A stretch of 17,090 nt of DNA from Candidatus Methylomirabilis sp. (lineage in GTDB: Bacteria > Methylomirabilota > Methylomirabilia > Methylomirabilales > Methylomirabilaceae): positions 1-17,090 of the forward strand of contig JBGQJI010000041.1 in the NCBI GenBank assembly GCA_041498975.1. The letters run 5' to 3'. The notes below the pieces were generated by a model. That model searched no databases, had not been told where the DNA came from, and was given only the letters and a program-made list of their open reading frames with translations. Both the position numbers and the translations under genes were made by a program. Shown piece by piece: positions 15,771 to 17,090 of this stretch. Numbering within the stretch: the first letter of the stretch is position 1; each line of letters starts with the position of its first letter.

Positions 15771-15947
15771 GGAAGCGAATTGTACAACGTCAAGGGCGAC
15801 GCTTCGCCTTTGCCTTTCGGCAACCCCGATCATTTCGCATCCTATTTCTGCAAGTTTTTCGTGGTGAGTGGCAAGAAGGATCGGCTACAATGGCGACCAT
15901 GGTGAATCCCTCCCCAGTGTGTGGGGGAGAGGGGAATCTGGATCTGA

Positions 15948-17090
15948 GTGAGGAGGCGTAAGATCTTCGAGAAGTTCGCCAGGATTCGACCCTACATCAA
16001 TCAGCATCGGAGGCTCCTGTTCATCGGGCTGGCTGCCCTGGTCGTCACCGACGCCTGCGGGCTGGCCATCCCCTGGCTGACCAAGGATGCCCTCGATGCA
16101 TTTCTCGCCGGCGCAGGGCGCGACATCGCTCTCTGGAAGTATCCTGCACTGATTGTGCTGGCCGCCTGCTTCCAGGGGCTGTTCCGGTATTTCTGGCGCA
16201 CACACATCTTCGGGTTTTCCAGGCACATCGAATGGGATTTCAGGAACGCCATCTTCGCCCACCTGCAGCGGCTGCCGCTGGCGTACTTTCAGCACACCAA
16301 GACGGGGGACCTGATGTCGCGGCTGACCAACGACATGGTCTCCTTCCGCGAGATGGTGGGCGTGGGCGCCATGGCCACCATCGACGCCATCGTCGTGATC
16401 TCCAGCAGCCTGGCTCTGATGGTGGTCATCGATCCCCGACTCACGCTCTGGAGCCTGCTCCCCTTGCCCGGGATCACAGCCCTGGTGCTCGTCTTCGGCA
16501 ACCGGATCTTCTACCGGTACCGGGATGTCCAGCAGCACCTGAGCACCCTCAGTACGTTCGTCCAGGAGAACCTCGCAGGCATCCGGGTCGTCCAGGCCTA
16601 TGCCCAGGAAGAAAACCAGAAGGGGGGCTTCGAGGAGCTGAGCAGGGAGTACCTGGTCAAGAACCTCGATCTGGTCAAGCTTTGGGGTTATGTCTGGCCG
16701 GTGATGAGCGTCTTGTCAGGCATCGCCGCAGTGGTGGTCCTGTGGCTCGGCGGCCGAAAGGTCGCCCTGGGGACGATGACGCTCGGCGAGCTGGTGGCGT
16801 TCTTTGGCTACCTGGCCATGCTCACCTGGCCGGTTATGGCGGTGGGGTACGTGATCAACCTCTACCAGCGGGGATCGGCCGCCCTCGCGCGCCTCCTGGA
16901 GATTATGGATACCCCGGTCGCGCAAGGATATGCGGACCCCGGGACGATCCAAGTCGCTGAGATCCTCGGGGAGATCGAGTTCCGCAACCTCTCCTTTCGT
17001 TATGCGCCGGATGCTCCGCTTGTCCTGCGGGAGATCGACCTCAAGATCCCGCCGTTCCCGGCGCGCGCCCGCGCGGAGGCGATGCCGTGA
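15948..17090 (+). CDS. ABC exporter (MsbA/MdlA/YheI-like) with a complete TM domain but truncated ATP-binding domain; possible pseudogene or assembly artefact
   Basis: TM domain motifs FAHLQRLPLAYF...TGDLMSRLTND, QENLAGIRVVQAYAQE, GTMTLGELVAF, GEIEFRNLSFRY...VLREIDLKIP. The frame then ends 13 residues later with no Walker A. Confidence 0.85.
   Translation: MRRRKIFEKFARIRPYINQHRRLLFIGLAALVVTDACGLAIPWLTKDALDAFLAGAGRDIALWKYPALIVLAACFQGLFRYFWRTHIFGFSRHIEWDFRNAIFAHLQRLPLAYFQHTKTGDLMSRLTNDMVSFREMVGVGAMATIDAIVVISSSLALMVVIDPRLTLWSLLPLPGITALVLVFGNRIFYRYRDVQQHLSTLSTFVQENLAGIRVVQAYAQEENQKGGFEELSREYLVKNLDLVKLWGYVWPVMSVLSGIAAVVVLWLGGRKVALGTMTLGELVAFFGYLAMLTWPVMAVGYVINLYQRGSAALARLLEIMDTPVAQGYADPGTIQVAEILGEIEFRNLSFRYAPDAPLVLREIDLKIPPFPARARAEAMP

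Noticed and set aside
1..17090. CRISPR array, tRNA/rRNA, transposase or phage genes
   Set aside because: No regularly spaced direct repeats, cloverleaf or rRNA signatures, or mobile-element protein motifs were seen.

Overview
GC-rich bacterial DNA with every credible gene on the + strand, in three parts. (1) 1-8941: an uncharacterised array of secreted-protein paralogues. Family A is a ~10-repeat, beta-propeller-like protein (6..2600, 5176..7245, and a C-terminal fragment ending at 8758). Family B is a ~110-aa helical domain present four times in three signal-peptide genes (3576..4127, 4197..5159, 7448..8167). A ZIP metal transporter sits inside the array and a TenA-like gene remnant follows it. 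(2) 9046-10628: a CBS-pair protein and an AmmeMemoRadiSam radical SAM enzyme. (3) 10713-15562: a redox/iron-stress cluster behind a clear sigma70 promoter, comprising an MhqR-like MarR regulator, a beta-hydroxyacid dehydrogenase, a double-CDGSH Fe-S protein, pirin, Dps and a DedA-rhodanese fusion. The ORF track stops the DedA-rhodanese at a TGA (15437-15439) inside the rhodanese active-site loop. The frame continues with the expected rhodanese C-terminus, and a SECIS-like hairpin follows the TGA, so this is very probably a selenoprotein (C-T-U motif). The window ends with an ABC exporter gene that lacks its ATPase core. Family assignments come from motif recognition only; no database searches were run.
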